Positions 19,750-28,445 of a stretch of 64,000 nucleotides of DNA are shown piece by piece (positions within the stretch are counted from its first letter, which is position 1; each line of letters starts with the position of its first letter). This DNA is from a virus (Duplodnaviria > Caudoviricetes). Where the stretch lies: the IMG/VR virus record IMGVR_UViG_3300034062_005626; one strand, given 5' to 3'. The notes under the pieces were generated by a model. The model ran no database searches. It was not told the DNA's origin and saw nothing but the letters and a program-made list of their open reading frames with translations. A program made the translations under genes and the position numbers.

Positions 19750-20562
19750 ATGGAAAACTTAGAAAAATTAGATGTATCGGTAATTCTACCAATTGATTCG
19801 GCAAATAATATCATGTTCGAAGATTTATTCAACAGAGCAATTACATCGATTCAAACACAAACCAAACCTATTAATGAATTAGTAATTGTTCATTCAGGTG
19901 AAGAGTTATTAAAAAATAAATTAGATAATTACGACTTTAGTGGTCTAACAGTTACTATGGTAGAAAATCAAAATGAATTTGATTTTTGTTCTCAAGTAAA
20001 TATTGGTGTAAAACATGCCAAAAGTACTTGGATTTCTATTTTAGAATTTGATGATGAATATTCTACAATTTGGTTTAAAAATTTTGATAGATATAGTAAA
20101 TCATATTCTGAAGTTGATGCATTTTTACCTATTGTTGTTGATACTGACGAAAAAGGAGTTTTTGTTGGGTTTACTAATGAAGCCACATTCGCAGTAAGTA
20201 TGAACTCAGAAATTGGTTACTTAAATAATGATACACTTTTAAATTATCAAAATTTTCAATCAAGTGGAATTGTTATTAAAAAGTCAGTTTATGAAGAAAA
20301 CGGCGGGCTTAAATCAAGTATGAAATTAACTTTTGTATATGAGTTCTTATTAAGATTAACTTACAATTCTGTTAAAATTATGACAATTCCAAGAATTGGT
20401 TATAAACACATGAATTTAAGACCAGGTTCTATATTTTGGAATTATAAAAATGGGGAAAGTAAGATTACAGATGATGAGGTTTCTTTTTGGATTGAATCAG
20501 CAAAAAAAGAACATTTTTTTACAACTGATAGGAACATAAAATACGAACCACAAAATGTATAA
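19750..20562 (+). CDS. GT2 family glycosyltransferase
   Basis: VSVILPI, ILEFDDEY, YEFLLRL. Confidence 0.8.
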   Translation: MENLEKLDVSVILPIDSANNIMFEDLFNRAITSIQTQTKPINELVIVHSGEELLKNKLDNYDFSGLTVTMVENQNEFDFCSQVNIGVKHAKSTWISILEFDDEYSTIWFKNFDRYSKSYSEVDAFLPIVVDTDEKGVFVGFTNEATFAVSMNSEIGYLNNDTLLNYQNFQSSGIVIKKSVYEENGGLKSSMKLTFVYEFLLRLTYNSVKIMTIPRIGYKHMNLRPGSIFWNYKNGESKITDDEVSFWIESAKKEHFFTTDRNIKYEPQNV

Positions 20563-21305
20563 TGTTTTTAGAGGAGTCAAACCCTGAACATTTAGACGAA
20601 AAGAAAAAGACAGAAAAAAAAAGTAAAAATTATTTTGATGTGAGAGAGGAAGAGGCGGTGAAAGATTATATCACCGCCGAAACTCAAATAGAAAAAGAAG
20701 AGATTTATAATAAATTTCTTAAAGAACCGTTAGATAAGATGATTGAATCAATCATAAGACGCTACAAACTTTATAGAAAAGATATGGAGTATCGAGATTT
20801 ACATACTGATACACATTCTTTTTTAATGACAAAGGTTGATAAATTTAAACCAGCCAAAAACAAAAAAGCATATTCTTATTTTGGTACGATTTGTAAGAAC
20901 TATTTGATGGGTCAAATACAAAAAGACCAAAAAGAAACAAATAGAAAAGTGTCTTATGAAGATATTTCACAAGCATTGGAGAACAGACCTGACATGGTTT
21001 ATTATTTAGAGTTTGAAAAAATTGATGCTGAAAAAATAATAGATATATTTTTAAAAGACTTAAAAGACCACGTTAAAACTACATCAATGGCAGATGGAGA
21101 ATTTAAACTTGGAAATGCCTTGATTGAGTTATTTGAAAATTATGGTAATATTTTTATTGGAAATGACAACAATAAGTTTAATAAAAATATAGTTTTACTT
21201 TCACTTCGAGAAATGACAAATTTATCAACAAAAGAAATAAGAACATATCTAAAAAAATATAAAATTCTTTATTTGAATACTATTAGAAGAATAAATAATA
21301 ATTAA
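20562..21305 (+). CDS. phage late sigma factor (T4 gp55-like)
   Basis: sigma region-2-like KFKPAKNKKAYSYFGTICKNYL; 247 aa; no recognisable region 4. Confidence 0.6.
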   Translation: MFLEESNPEHLDEKKKTEKKSKNYFDVREEEAVKDYITAETQIEKEEIYNKFLKEPLDKMIESIIRRYKLYRKDMEYRDLHTDTHSFLMTKVDKFKPAKNKKAYSYFGTICKNYLMGQIQKDQKETNRKVSYEDISQALENRPDMVYYLEFEKIDAEKIIDIFLKDLKDHVKTTSMADGEFKLGNALIELFENYGNIFIGNDNNKFNKNIVLLSLREMTNLSTKEIRTYLKKYKILYLNTIRRINNN

Positions 21306-21313
21306 AATTTATC

Positions 21314-21320
21314 TATTTAT
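21314..21320 (+). promoter_or_regulatory. putative late promoter TATTTAT
   Basis: 5 nt before ATG 21326. Confidence 0.6.
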
Positions 21321-21325
21321 TGAGT

Positions 21326-21700
21326 ATGGATAGAAAGAGAAAAAAAGAAATCGCGTTAAACAAAGATTCAGTATTAGGTTTAATGCAAGAGATATACAAC
21401 GAATTAGTTGAACAAAGGTCAACGGCCATTAGGATTCAAAATAAAATGTTAGCTCTTCTTAAAGATGCTGAAGATATGACTGTTATTGGTCCTGTTATAA
21501 AAGAACAACAAAAAATCATCAACGACACTATTGAAAAAAAGTTGAGTCTTTCTAAACTTCAATCTACAATTTGGGAAAAATCTAACAGTTCTAAAGAAGA
21601 AAATTTTTCATTGTCTGATATGGATGAAACAGTTCTTCAAAGTTTAATTCAAAAAGACATTAGTCAAAATAACGACAATAATTTTACACTTGAAAAATAA
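21326..21700 (+). CDS. hypothetical coiled-coil protein
   Basis: ORF; ATG 21326 preferred over TTG 21320. Confidence 0.75.
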   Translation: MDRKRKKEIALNKDSVLGLMQEIYNELVEQRSTAIRIQNKMLALLKDAEDMTVIGPVIKEQQKIINDTIEKKLSLSKLQSTIWEKSNSSKEENFSLSDMDETVLQSLIQKDISQNNDNNFTLEK

Positions 21701-23688
21701 TGGCAAATTTAGACATCAATCAAGGGTATTCACAAGCTAAAAGTAAAATTAGTGCTTACCAAACTGTAAAACAAAGTAAGGAAGACGACAAAAAACAACA
21801 AAAAGAAAAAACAAAGGCTAGTACTGATAAGAAAAAAAGCGAAGTTCAAAAATCAATCAATGATTTAAAAAAAGGTGGTCAAGACAAAAAAAATCAAATA
21901 AAAAATGAAATAAAAAGTCAGTTAGAACAACTTTTAGAGTTATTCAAAGCAACTCTACCAAGTGGTGGTGGGTCATCTTTAAAACTTTTAACTAACGTTT
22001 TTTTACAAGCGGCAACAAACACAAAATCAAAAATACAAGAAACATTAGTAAGTGAAATAGTTTCAACAATTGGTTGTTCTGAAGAACAATCATATGGTAG
22101 TGTCGCTAACCAACCAATTTATATAAAAGTTAATCAAGTGGATTTATTTAAAATATTAAAAAATTCACCTGATGACGAAAATTTCAAATATCAATACGAA
22201 AAAAATACAACAAATAATGGTTCATTCCCATATGCAATGAATCAACAACTTTATAAAAGATTACAAAACCCATCACAATCCTTTTTGCAAGATAATACGG
22301 GAGGTAATGGTCAAACATATCAAGGAGCATCACAGTCCCAAATTTTTGATATACAATACGTACAAAATTATTTAGGTCCAAACAACTTACAAGTTACTGG
22401 TGATTTTTTCAAAGTAACCTTAAATAATCAAGCTAATAATAGAACGTCAGTTACTGATTTTTTACAAGATTATTATAGTAGTATAGACATTATGCCTTTT
22501 GATAATTTATCAGTAAACTTAAAAAATTTACTTACAGGTTCTTTTGATTTTTCTGCCGGTTTAAGTAGTGATGAATTAAAAGAGCAGAGCAAATTTATGA
22601 CTGTTTTAAAAAGAATCATGGGAATTTGCGAAGACCCGAACAAAAAAATTGATGTCGCGGGGACATCAAAACTTAGTGACGTTGATGAAATAGATGATTC
22701 TTTTTTTGATGTTACAAACCAAGAATTATTGGTTATTGAGCAAGAAGTTAATAATACCATTGATGGGGTCGTTGAATTTGAAGGTTGTGAAGGAATTAAA
22801 TTACCAATAGACGTTTTAGCGGATAGGAAATCTCAAGATGAAATTATTAATGAAAATTCAAACAATTCTAAAATAGAAAAATTTGAAAAATCATTAGAAG
22901 ATATTGCAAATGACCCGAAATGGAAATCTTTGATTCCTGGTCTTGGTTTAGATTTAAACTTATTAGCTTCACTTCAAAGTAATATTATTTTAGGTCTTCC
23001 AAGGATGATTTTAAAAACAATATTATCACCTAAAGTTATGTTAGGTTTTTTAATAATGGTTAAAGCGATAAAAAATGAAATATCAGAAAAATTAGACGAC
23101 TTGTTTGATGATTTAACAAACTTCATGAAAACTTTCAAAAAGTTTATTTTGAATTTTATGAAAAAAATTACATCTATTTTTGTTGAAGAATTGTTTAAGA
23201 TTCTAAAAAAACAAATTAAAGTTTTGGTCGAAACAATTTTATTGGAGGTCGTTAAGGAAGCAAAAAATAAACAAATTCGTATGTATGCATCGATAGTGTA
23301 TATTTTATTAGTTGTTGGTCAGGCGGTTGTGGATTTTAGAAATTGTAAAAGTGTTATAGACGAAATATTGAAACTTTTAAATTTAGGTCTTTCACAATTA
23401 AGTTTAGGGTTGCCTCAGTTTATATTGGCAGGGTCATCACTACTAGGTGGGGTTTCTGATACAAGAGCATTTTCAAATGTAATTGAAAACCTTCAAAAAC
23501 AAGGATTACCCACAGGAGCCGCACCCGATGGTGGACCTAACCTTATGAATATGTCCATGATGTCAATGGTCAAGGGTATGAATCAAGAACAAGCTGAAAA
23601 CGGAAAAACGGAAGTTTTTATTCCACCATTGACTATAACCCCAGCCGGCATTACATTACCATCAAAAGGATTTGGAAAATCATACTAA
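21700..23688 (+). CDS. hypothetical, probably virion structural protein
   Basis: 662-aa ORF in late operon. Confidence 0.7.
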   Translation: MANLDINQGYSQAKSKISAYQTVKQSKEDDKKQQKEKTKASTDKKKSEVQKSINDLKKGGQDKKNQIKNEIKSQLEQLLELFKATLPSGGGSSLKLLTNVFLQAATNTKSKIQETLVSEIVSTIGCSEEQSYGSVANQPIYIKVNQVDLFKILKNSPDDENFKYQYEKNTTNNGSFPYAMNQQLYKRLQNPSQSFLQDNTGGNGQTYQGASQSQIFDIQYVQNYLGPNNLQVTGDFFKVTLNNQANNRTSVTDFLQDYYSSIDIMPFDNLSVNLKNLLTGSFDFSAGLSSDELKEQSKFMTVLKRIMGICEDPNKKIDVAGTSKLSDVDEIDDSFFDVTNQELLVIEQEVNNTIDGVVEFEGCEGIKLPIDVLADRKSQDEIINENSNNSKIEKFEKSLEDIANDPKWKSLIPGLGLDLNLLASLQSNIILGLPRMILKTILSPKVMLGFLIMVKAIKNEISEKLDDLFDDLTNFMKTFKKFILNFMKKITSIFVEELFKILKKQIKVLVETILLEVVKEAKNKQIRMYASIVYILLVVGQAVVDFRNCKSVIDEILKLLNLGLSQLSLGLPQFILAGSSLLGGVSDTRAFSNVIENLQKQGLPTGAAPDGGPNLMNMSMMSMVKGMNQEQAENGKTEVFIPPLTITPAGITLPSKGFGKSY

Positions 23689-23893
23689 AATATCACCCGA
23701 AAAAGTTTTGGAAGTTTTATCTGAGTATAAAAAAAGACCCAATAAAGAATTAATTGAGGTTTTGGGGTTCTTATATCAAGATTTTGAAAAAACAAAGGAT
23801 TTAATACTCAAATTAACTCATCATTTGGACACAACTGAAGATAGTTATAACAAAATTTTAGAAGAAATAAACAAAAGAACAAATAATATATAA
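23672..23893 (+). CDS. hypothetical protein
   Basis: ORF overlapping both neighbours. Confidence 0.7.
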   Translation: MENHTKISPEKVLEVLSEYKKRPNKELIEVLGFLYQDFEKTKDLILKLTHHLDTTEDSYNKILEEINKRTNNI

Positions 23894-25482
23894 TGCCTGA
23901 AAACCAACCTTTAGAGGATAGTCAGATAATATTTTTTGGTGTCTGTGTTGACAATCAAGACCCATTAATGCTTGGAAGAATACGATGTAAGCCCATACAA
24001 GAAAATATTCAAGCAATGGAAAGGGCAAAACAAGGGTTTGACGAAAATAGTAAAAGTACTTTGAATGGTCCTTGGGGTGAAAAAGACCCTTTTATATTTT
24101 TACCTTTTTTACCTTATTTTGTTAATCAAGTTCCAAAAGTAGATGAGGCAGTTATGATTATTTACTTTAATAATAAACTAACTAAAGGTAAAAATAGATT
24201 TTATATTCTTGCACCATACTCATCACCAACAACAATTTTTAAAGAAGACTATAGGTCTTTTAGAACCCATACAGATATGGGTAATTCTAATTCAAGAGTA
24301 AATTTACCAAATATTAAAGACCCGTACTCTAAAACATACCCGAATAATAATAATACCGGAGTATTTCCTGAACCTGAAGATATATCAATTAATGGAAGAG
24401 GAACTTCCGATATGATAATAAAAAATAATGATTTATTATTAAGAGCAGGAAAACACAAACCATTTAAAACAGGTGAAATACCAGATTATGATGATAATAG
24501 AGCCTTTGTTCAATTATCAAAATTTACAAGTAAATTAAAATATGGTACACCCAAGTCTTATATTAGATTACAAAGAAATGAACAACAAATAAAATATCTT
24601 TTAGAGTATGATGTTTATAACCCTGAAAGTGCTCCACAAGTTTTTCAAGGGGATGTAACAATCTATCAACTACCTGATAGAGAATCTAAGGCGACAAAAA
24701 CAAACCAATTTGAGTGGGACACTGAAATAACAGGAACAACTTTATCTAAAGTAAGAATTATAAAAATTGATTCACCATTGGGTATTGATGATTTTGCGAA
24801 GTTTGTTTCAGACCAAGTTGTAGCACTAAAAGATAATCCAAGTATTTTAATATCAAATATACCAACTAACGCTAATGTAGGTTCAAATAATAATTCAAGT
24901 AACGAACTACAATTTCCTTTTTATTATAGACCCTCAAAAAGAATTAGAAATATCATAAAATCACTACCCGACCAAAATAACATAACCGATTTTACAAATA
25001 TGAATCAGTTATTATCAAAAGTATTAATAACTACAACAGATATTAGTCCTGGTTATGGTTTGGTATTAGACAGAAAGGTTAGTCCTGAATTACCATTTTT
25101 ACCATCAAGAGAAGTTTTTACACCAATTGATACTGAAGAAATAGATAATACTGTTGGGTTGATTGGGGCGTCTCAGTTATATTTACTTTCACATGATTCA
25201 GAAAATTCACAAGGTAAAATTACTTTATCAGGTTCTGTTGGAGGGATTAGTCCTGAACAAGTTTTTGATGAAATAGAACCTAAAACATCATCAATGGTTA
25301 GAGGAGAAGAATTGTTGGAACTTTTGGAATCAATTGTTGGGTTTTTAGTTAGTCACGTACATCCGTACCCGTTATTACCACCATCTGGAGTTTCTTATGA
25401 TGGTACAAGTATAGACGAATTGACCAAAAAAATGTTAGAAGCATATCAAAAAGTTTTAAACAGTAATATTCGGATTAACTAA
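23893..25482 (+). CDS. baseplate hub/spike protein (gp5-like OB-fold N-terminus)
   Basis: GVCVDNQDPLMLGRIRCKP..PFLPYFVNQVPKVDEAV; C-terminal HVHPYP. Confidence 0.65.
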   Translation: MPENQPLEDSQIIFFGVCVDNQDPLMLGRIRCKPIQENIQAMERAKQGFDENSKSTLNGPWGEKDPFIFLPFLPYFVNQVPKVDEAVMIIYFNNKLTKGKNRFYILAPYSSPTTIFKEDYRSFRTHTDMGNSNSRVNLPNIKDPYSKTYPNNNNTGVFPEPEDISINGRGTSDMIIKNNDLLLRAGKHKPFKTGEIPDYDDNRAFVQLSKFTSKLKYGTPKSYIRLQRNEQQIKYLLEYDVYNPESAPQVFQGDVTIYQLPDRESKATKTNQFEWDTEITGTTLSKVRIIKIDSPLGIDDFAKFVSDQVVALKDNPSILISNIPTNANVGSNNNSSNELQFPFYYRPSKRIRNIIKSLPDQNNITDFTNMNQLLSKVLITTTDISPGYGLVLDRKVSPELPFLPSREVFTPIDTEEIDNTVGLIGASQLYLLSHDSENSQGKITLSGSVGGISPEQVFDEIEPKTSSMVRGEELLELLESIVGFLVSHVHPYPLLPPSGVSYDGTSIDELTKKMLEAYQKVLNSNIRIN

Positions 25483-25483
25483 C

Positions 25484-25490
25484 TATTTAT
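25484..25490 (+). promoter_or_regulatory. putative late promoter TATTTAT
   Basis: 15 nt before ATG 25506. Confidence 0.6.
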
Positions 25491-25505
25491 ATATAAAATA
25501 GTTTA

Positions 25506-26987
25506 ATGTCAATTTACAGGTCATATTTCGATAAAAGTAATACTCTAATACAAAATAGTTACACCAACACAGGTAGAAACCCTATTGTTGAGTTGTTCTA
25601 CGGTCGTGTTGATAATTTTAATGCGCCAATAGGGTTTAGTAGATATATTTTTGACTTAGATTTAACAGATTTACAGTCAAGAATTTCAGATAAAATTATC
25701 ACTTCAGGATGTGGAACAAACTTTACCCACACTTTAAGAATGACAAATACGTCATATTTTGATGAAAATCTTTTAAATTCAACAACATCACAAGGAAGAA
25801 GAAGAGCAACATCTTTTGACTTAGTTCTATTTAGAATACCAAAAACTTTAGGAAACTCAGGTGTTCCTCAAAATTGGGACAGTGGTGTTGGATATGATTA
25901 CTATGATTATCAAGTAACAAACTTAAATGATAGGTCATATTCGCAAAGAGCGTCCAATTGGTTCGAAACAACAACGGTAAGTGGTTGGAGTGTTAATGGT
26001 ATATATGATAATACCAACTCAAAAATTGGTTCATTATCGGGATTAAATTATTCGGCATTAACAATCGTAGCAACACAACATTTTGAATTTGGTAATGAAG
26101 ATATTGAATTTAACATGACAAATGAAATAAATAACATTTTAAATGGTACATTAACAGGTGTCACAGGATGGGGAATTGCATTTTATCCTAATGTTGAAAA
26201 TATTAGTGGTTTAACTGAAAATTATTCAGTAGGGTTTTTCTCCCCTCACACTCAAACTTTTTATGAACCGTTTTTAGAAACTAATTATAACGATTTAATT
26301 ATTGATGATAGAAACAAATTTTATTCAGGTAATAATAATGAATTGTATTTGTATGTGTATGAAAACGGAAATGCTGTTAATTTAGATAATTTACCAACGG
26401 TTGATATATTTGACTTGAATGGTGTTGCAGTACCAGGGTTTACGGGATTATCTACTTGCCAAGTAACTAAAGGAGTTTACAAGTGTTCGGTAAACAATCT
26501 AACAGCATCGACAATACCTTGTTTATATTATGATGTTTGGAAGGGATTGTCAGTAAGTTCTACGTCAATTTCTAACGTGACTTTAGAATTTGCATTATTG
26601 GCTAAAAATGGAAACTTCCAAATAGGTTCTGTTACTCAACAACCAAAAATTTATGGTTTCGAATTTAATGGGATTAGACAAAACGAAAAAGTATTAAATA
26701 CTGATATAAGAAAAGTCAACGTAATTATAAAACAAGCGTATTCAACAAACACACCACTAACAACAGTAGAGGCATATTATAGAATTTATGTAAGAGAAGG
26801 TGCAAGTACTGAGGTTCAAGTACAAGATTGGACAAGAGTCAATGAAGTTCCTGATGGGTTTTATTTTATTTTTGACACCACAGATAAAATACCAAATGAA
26901 TATTTTGTTGATATTAAAGTTGTAAGTGATAGAAATGTTGATACTTATAAAAGAGAATTACAGTTTCAAATTGTAAATAAAAAATAA
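25506..26987 (+). CDS. putative virion structural protein
   Basis: 493-aa beta-rich ORF with late motif. Confidence 0.65.
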   Translation: MSIYRSYFDKSNTLIQNSYTNTGRNPIVELFYGRVDNFNAPIGFSRYIFDLDLTDLQSRISDKIITSGCGTNFTHTLRMTNTSYFDENLLNSTTSQGRRRATSFDLVLFRIPKTLGNSGVPQNWDSGVGYDYYDYQVTNLNDRSYSQRASNWFETTTVSGWSVNGIYDNTNSKIGSLSGLNYSALTIVATQHFEFGNEDIEFNMTNEINNILNGTLTGVTGWGIAFYPNVENISGLTENYSVGFFSPHTQTFYEPFLETNYNDLIIDDRNKFYSGNNNELYLYVYENGNAVNLDNLPTVDIFDLNGVAVPGFTGLSTCQVTKGVYKCSVNNLTASTIPCLYYDVWKGLSVSSTSISNVTLEFALLAKNGNFQIGSVTQQPKIYGFEFNGIRQNEKVLNTDIRKVNVIIKQAYSTNTPLTTVEAYYRIYVREGASTEVQVQDWTRVNEVPDGFYFIFDTTDKIPNEYFVDIKVVSDRNVDTYKRELQFQIVNKK

Positions 26988-26992
26988 ACGTA

Positions 26993-26999
26993 TATTTAT
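26993..26999 (+). promoter_or_regulatory. putative late promoter TATTTAT
   Basis: 8 nt before ATG 27008. Confidence 0.6.
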
Positions 27000-27007
27000 A
27001 AAATAAA

Positions 27008-27190
27008 ATGGCAACTACAAGCGCAAATACCGAAGTCACAATATGTGAATATATATGTACAACAGGAGGAACAGGGAGTTCTGTTGTTGTTGTGAAACCA
27101 CCACACCCTAATTATAGTGATGTAACAGGAGGAACTGTTGTTCAGTTGAATATGGTAACTATTGGTGGATTTAACGGATTAAATTCTTAA
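27008..27190 (+). CDS. small hypothetical late protein
   Basis: 60-aa ORF with late motif. Confidence 0.7.
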   Translation: MATTSANTEVTICEYICTTGGTGSSVVVVKPPHPNYSDVTGGTVVQLNMVTIGGFNGLNS

Positions 27191-27194
27191 AAAA

Positions 27195-27662
27195 ATGAAA
27201 AATTTAGATTATATTATTAAAAAAGTAATTAGAGAGACACAAGAAGAAAATTCTTCAAGATATATGTTCTTTTCTAATTTACAACAAATGAGAAGACAAT
27301 GTGATATGTTGTTAGAGATGGACCATTCTATGATAGAAAACATTTTAGAAAATGGTCACGATTGGGCTCAAGACCATATTGCCGAAGCAAAAAATAACAT
27401 GGACCAAGTATTTGACTTTTTAATGAATGAAACTAAAAAAGACAATATGAACATGTCTATGAATTTTGACAACGAAGATATAATGATGTCAGAAGGTAGA
27501 AAAAAAACCGGAACTAAATTATGTGCTCGTGGTAAGGCATCTGCAAAGGCAAAGTATGACGTGTACCCCTCAGCTTACGCAAATGGCCACGCAATACAAG
27601 TATGTAAAGGTAAAGTAAAAGGGTTAGACGGTAAAAAAAGGTGTTCACCACCTTATTGTTAA
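27195..27662 (+). CDS. hypothetical protein with basic Cys-containing YPSAYAN C-terminal module
   Basis: acidic N-half; after MMSE, KLCARGKASAKAKYDVYPSAYANGHAIQVCKG. Confidence 0.75.
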   Translation: MKNLDYIIKKVIRETQEENSSRYMFFSNLQQMRRQCDMLLEMDHSMIENILENGHDWAQDHIAEAKNNMDQVFDFLMNETKKDNMNMSMNFDNEDIMMSEGRKKTGTKLCARGKASAKAKYDVYPSAYANGHAIQVCKGKVKGLDGKKRCSPPYC

Positions 27663-28372
27663 ATATTATTCAATATACGATTAATAATAATATCTAAGGA
27701 CTCATTTTGGGTCCTTTTCTTTTTTGGTTTGTATGAAGTCATAATAGGTTTTTGACCTTTACCTGTTTGTGTGTCTTTGGACTCCGCCTTTCTTTTTTGT
27801 TGACAAGCCGCTCTTTTTTCTGAATCACTCATTTTACCCGCAACTCCAGCTGCTCTACATTTTGGGTATGCCCCTTTATTTGTATCAGGTCTACCACAAG
27901 GAGGATGTTTACCGTCGACTTTTCTACAAATATTAACCCATGGACCTTTTGGTTGGGATGAACCTTTTGGTTTTTTCTTTTTACCAAACCATACGGCCAA
28001 ATCTTCATTAAGTGTAATTTTATCTAATTCTACCCATTCTTTTATGGGTACTATTTTTTTGTTTCTACCTGGTGTAGGATTGATTGGACCGCCTTCTTCA
28101 TCACTAGGACGTGTATGTGTTTTATTATATTTATTTATTTTTTTTGATTTTTGTTCTAATCTTTTAATTTTATTTTTACTTGATTCCATAGAACCGTCGT
28201 AACTATCATATTCTAAATCAGCATTGTAATATTTTGATACTTTTTTAGTAAATGGGCCAAGTTCATCATCATCCCAATCCATTTCACCCATTGTGAGAGG
28301 GCCATTATAATAACCTCCATATCTACTTGTACTGGCCTCTAATAATATTTTCTTTACAATTTTTTTAATCAT
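27659..28372 (-). CDS. hypothetical basic Cys-containing protein (EDL.VWF..PCGR..YPKCR module)
   Basis: ORF with late motif; multiple L/I-x-E sites. Confidence 0.75.
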   Translation of the reverse strand: MIKKIVKKILLEASTSRYGGYYNGPLTMGEMDWDDDELGPFTKKVSKYYNADLEYDSYDGSMESSKNKIKRLEQKSKKINKYNKTHTRPSDEEGGPINPTPGRNKKIVPIKEWVELDKITLNEDLAVWFGKKKKPKGSSQPKGPWVNICRKVDGKHPPCGRPDTNKGAYPKCRAAGVAGKMSDSEKRAACQQKRKAESKDTQTGKGQKPIMTSYKPKKKRTQNESLDIIINRILNNI

Positions 28373-28376
28373 ATTA

Positions 28377-28383
28377 ATAAATA
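28377..28383 (-). promoter_or_regulatory. putative late promoter TATTTAT
   Basis: ATAAATA on plus strand, 4 nt before start 28372. Confidence 0.6.
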
Positions 28384-28393
28384 TTTGTTTAAT

Positions 28394-28423
28394 AAAAAAA
28401 GGTCAGATTAATCTGACCTTTTT
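28394..28423. terminator. intrinsic terminator after major capsid gene (bidirectional shape)
   Basis: A7-GGTCAGA-TTAA-TCTGACC-T5. Confidence 0.85.
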
Positions 28424-28445
28424 CTTATATTAACCTTTAAATTGA

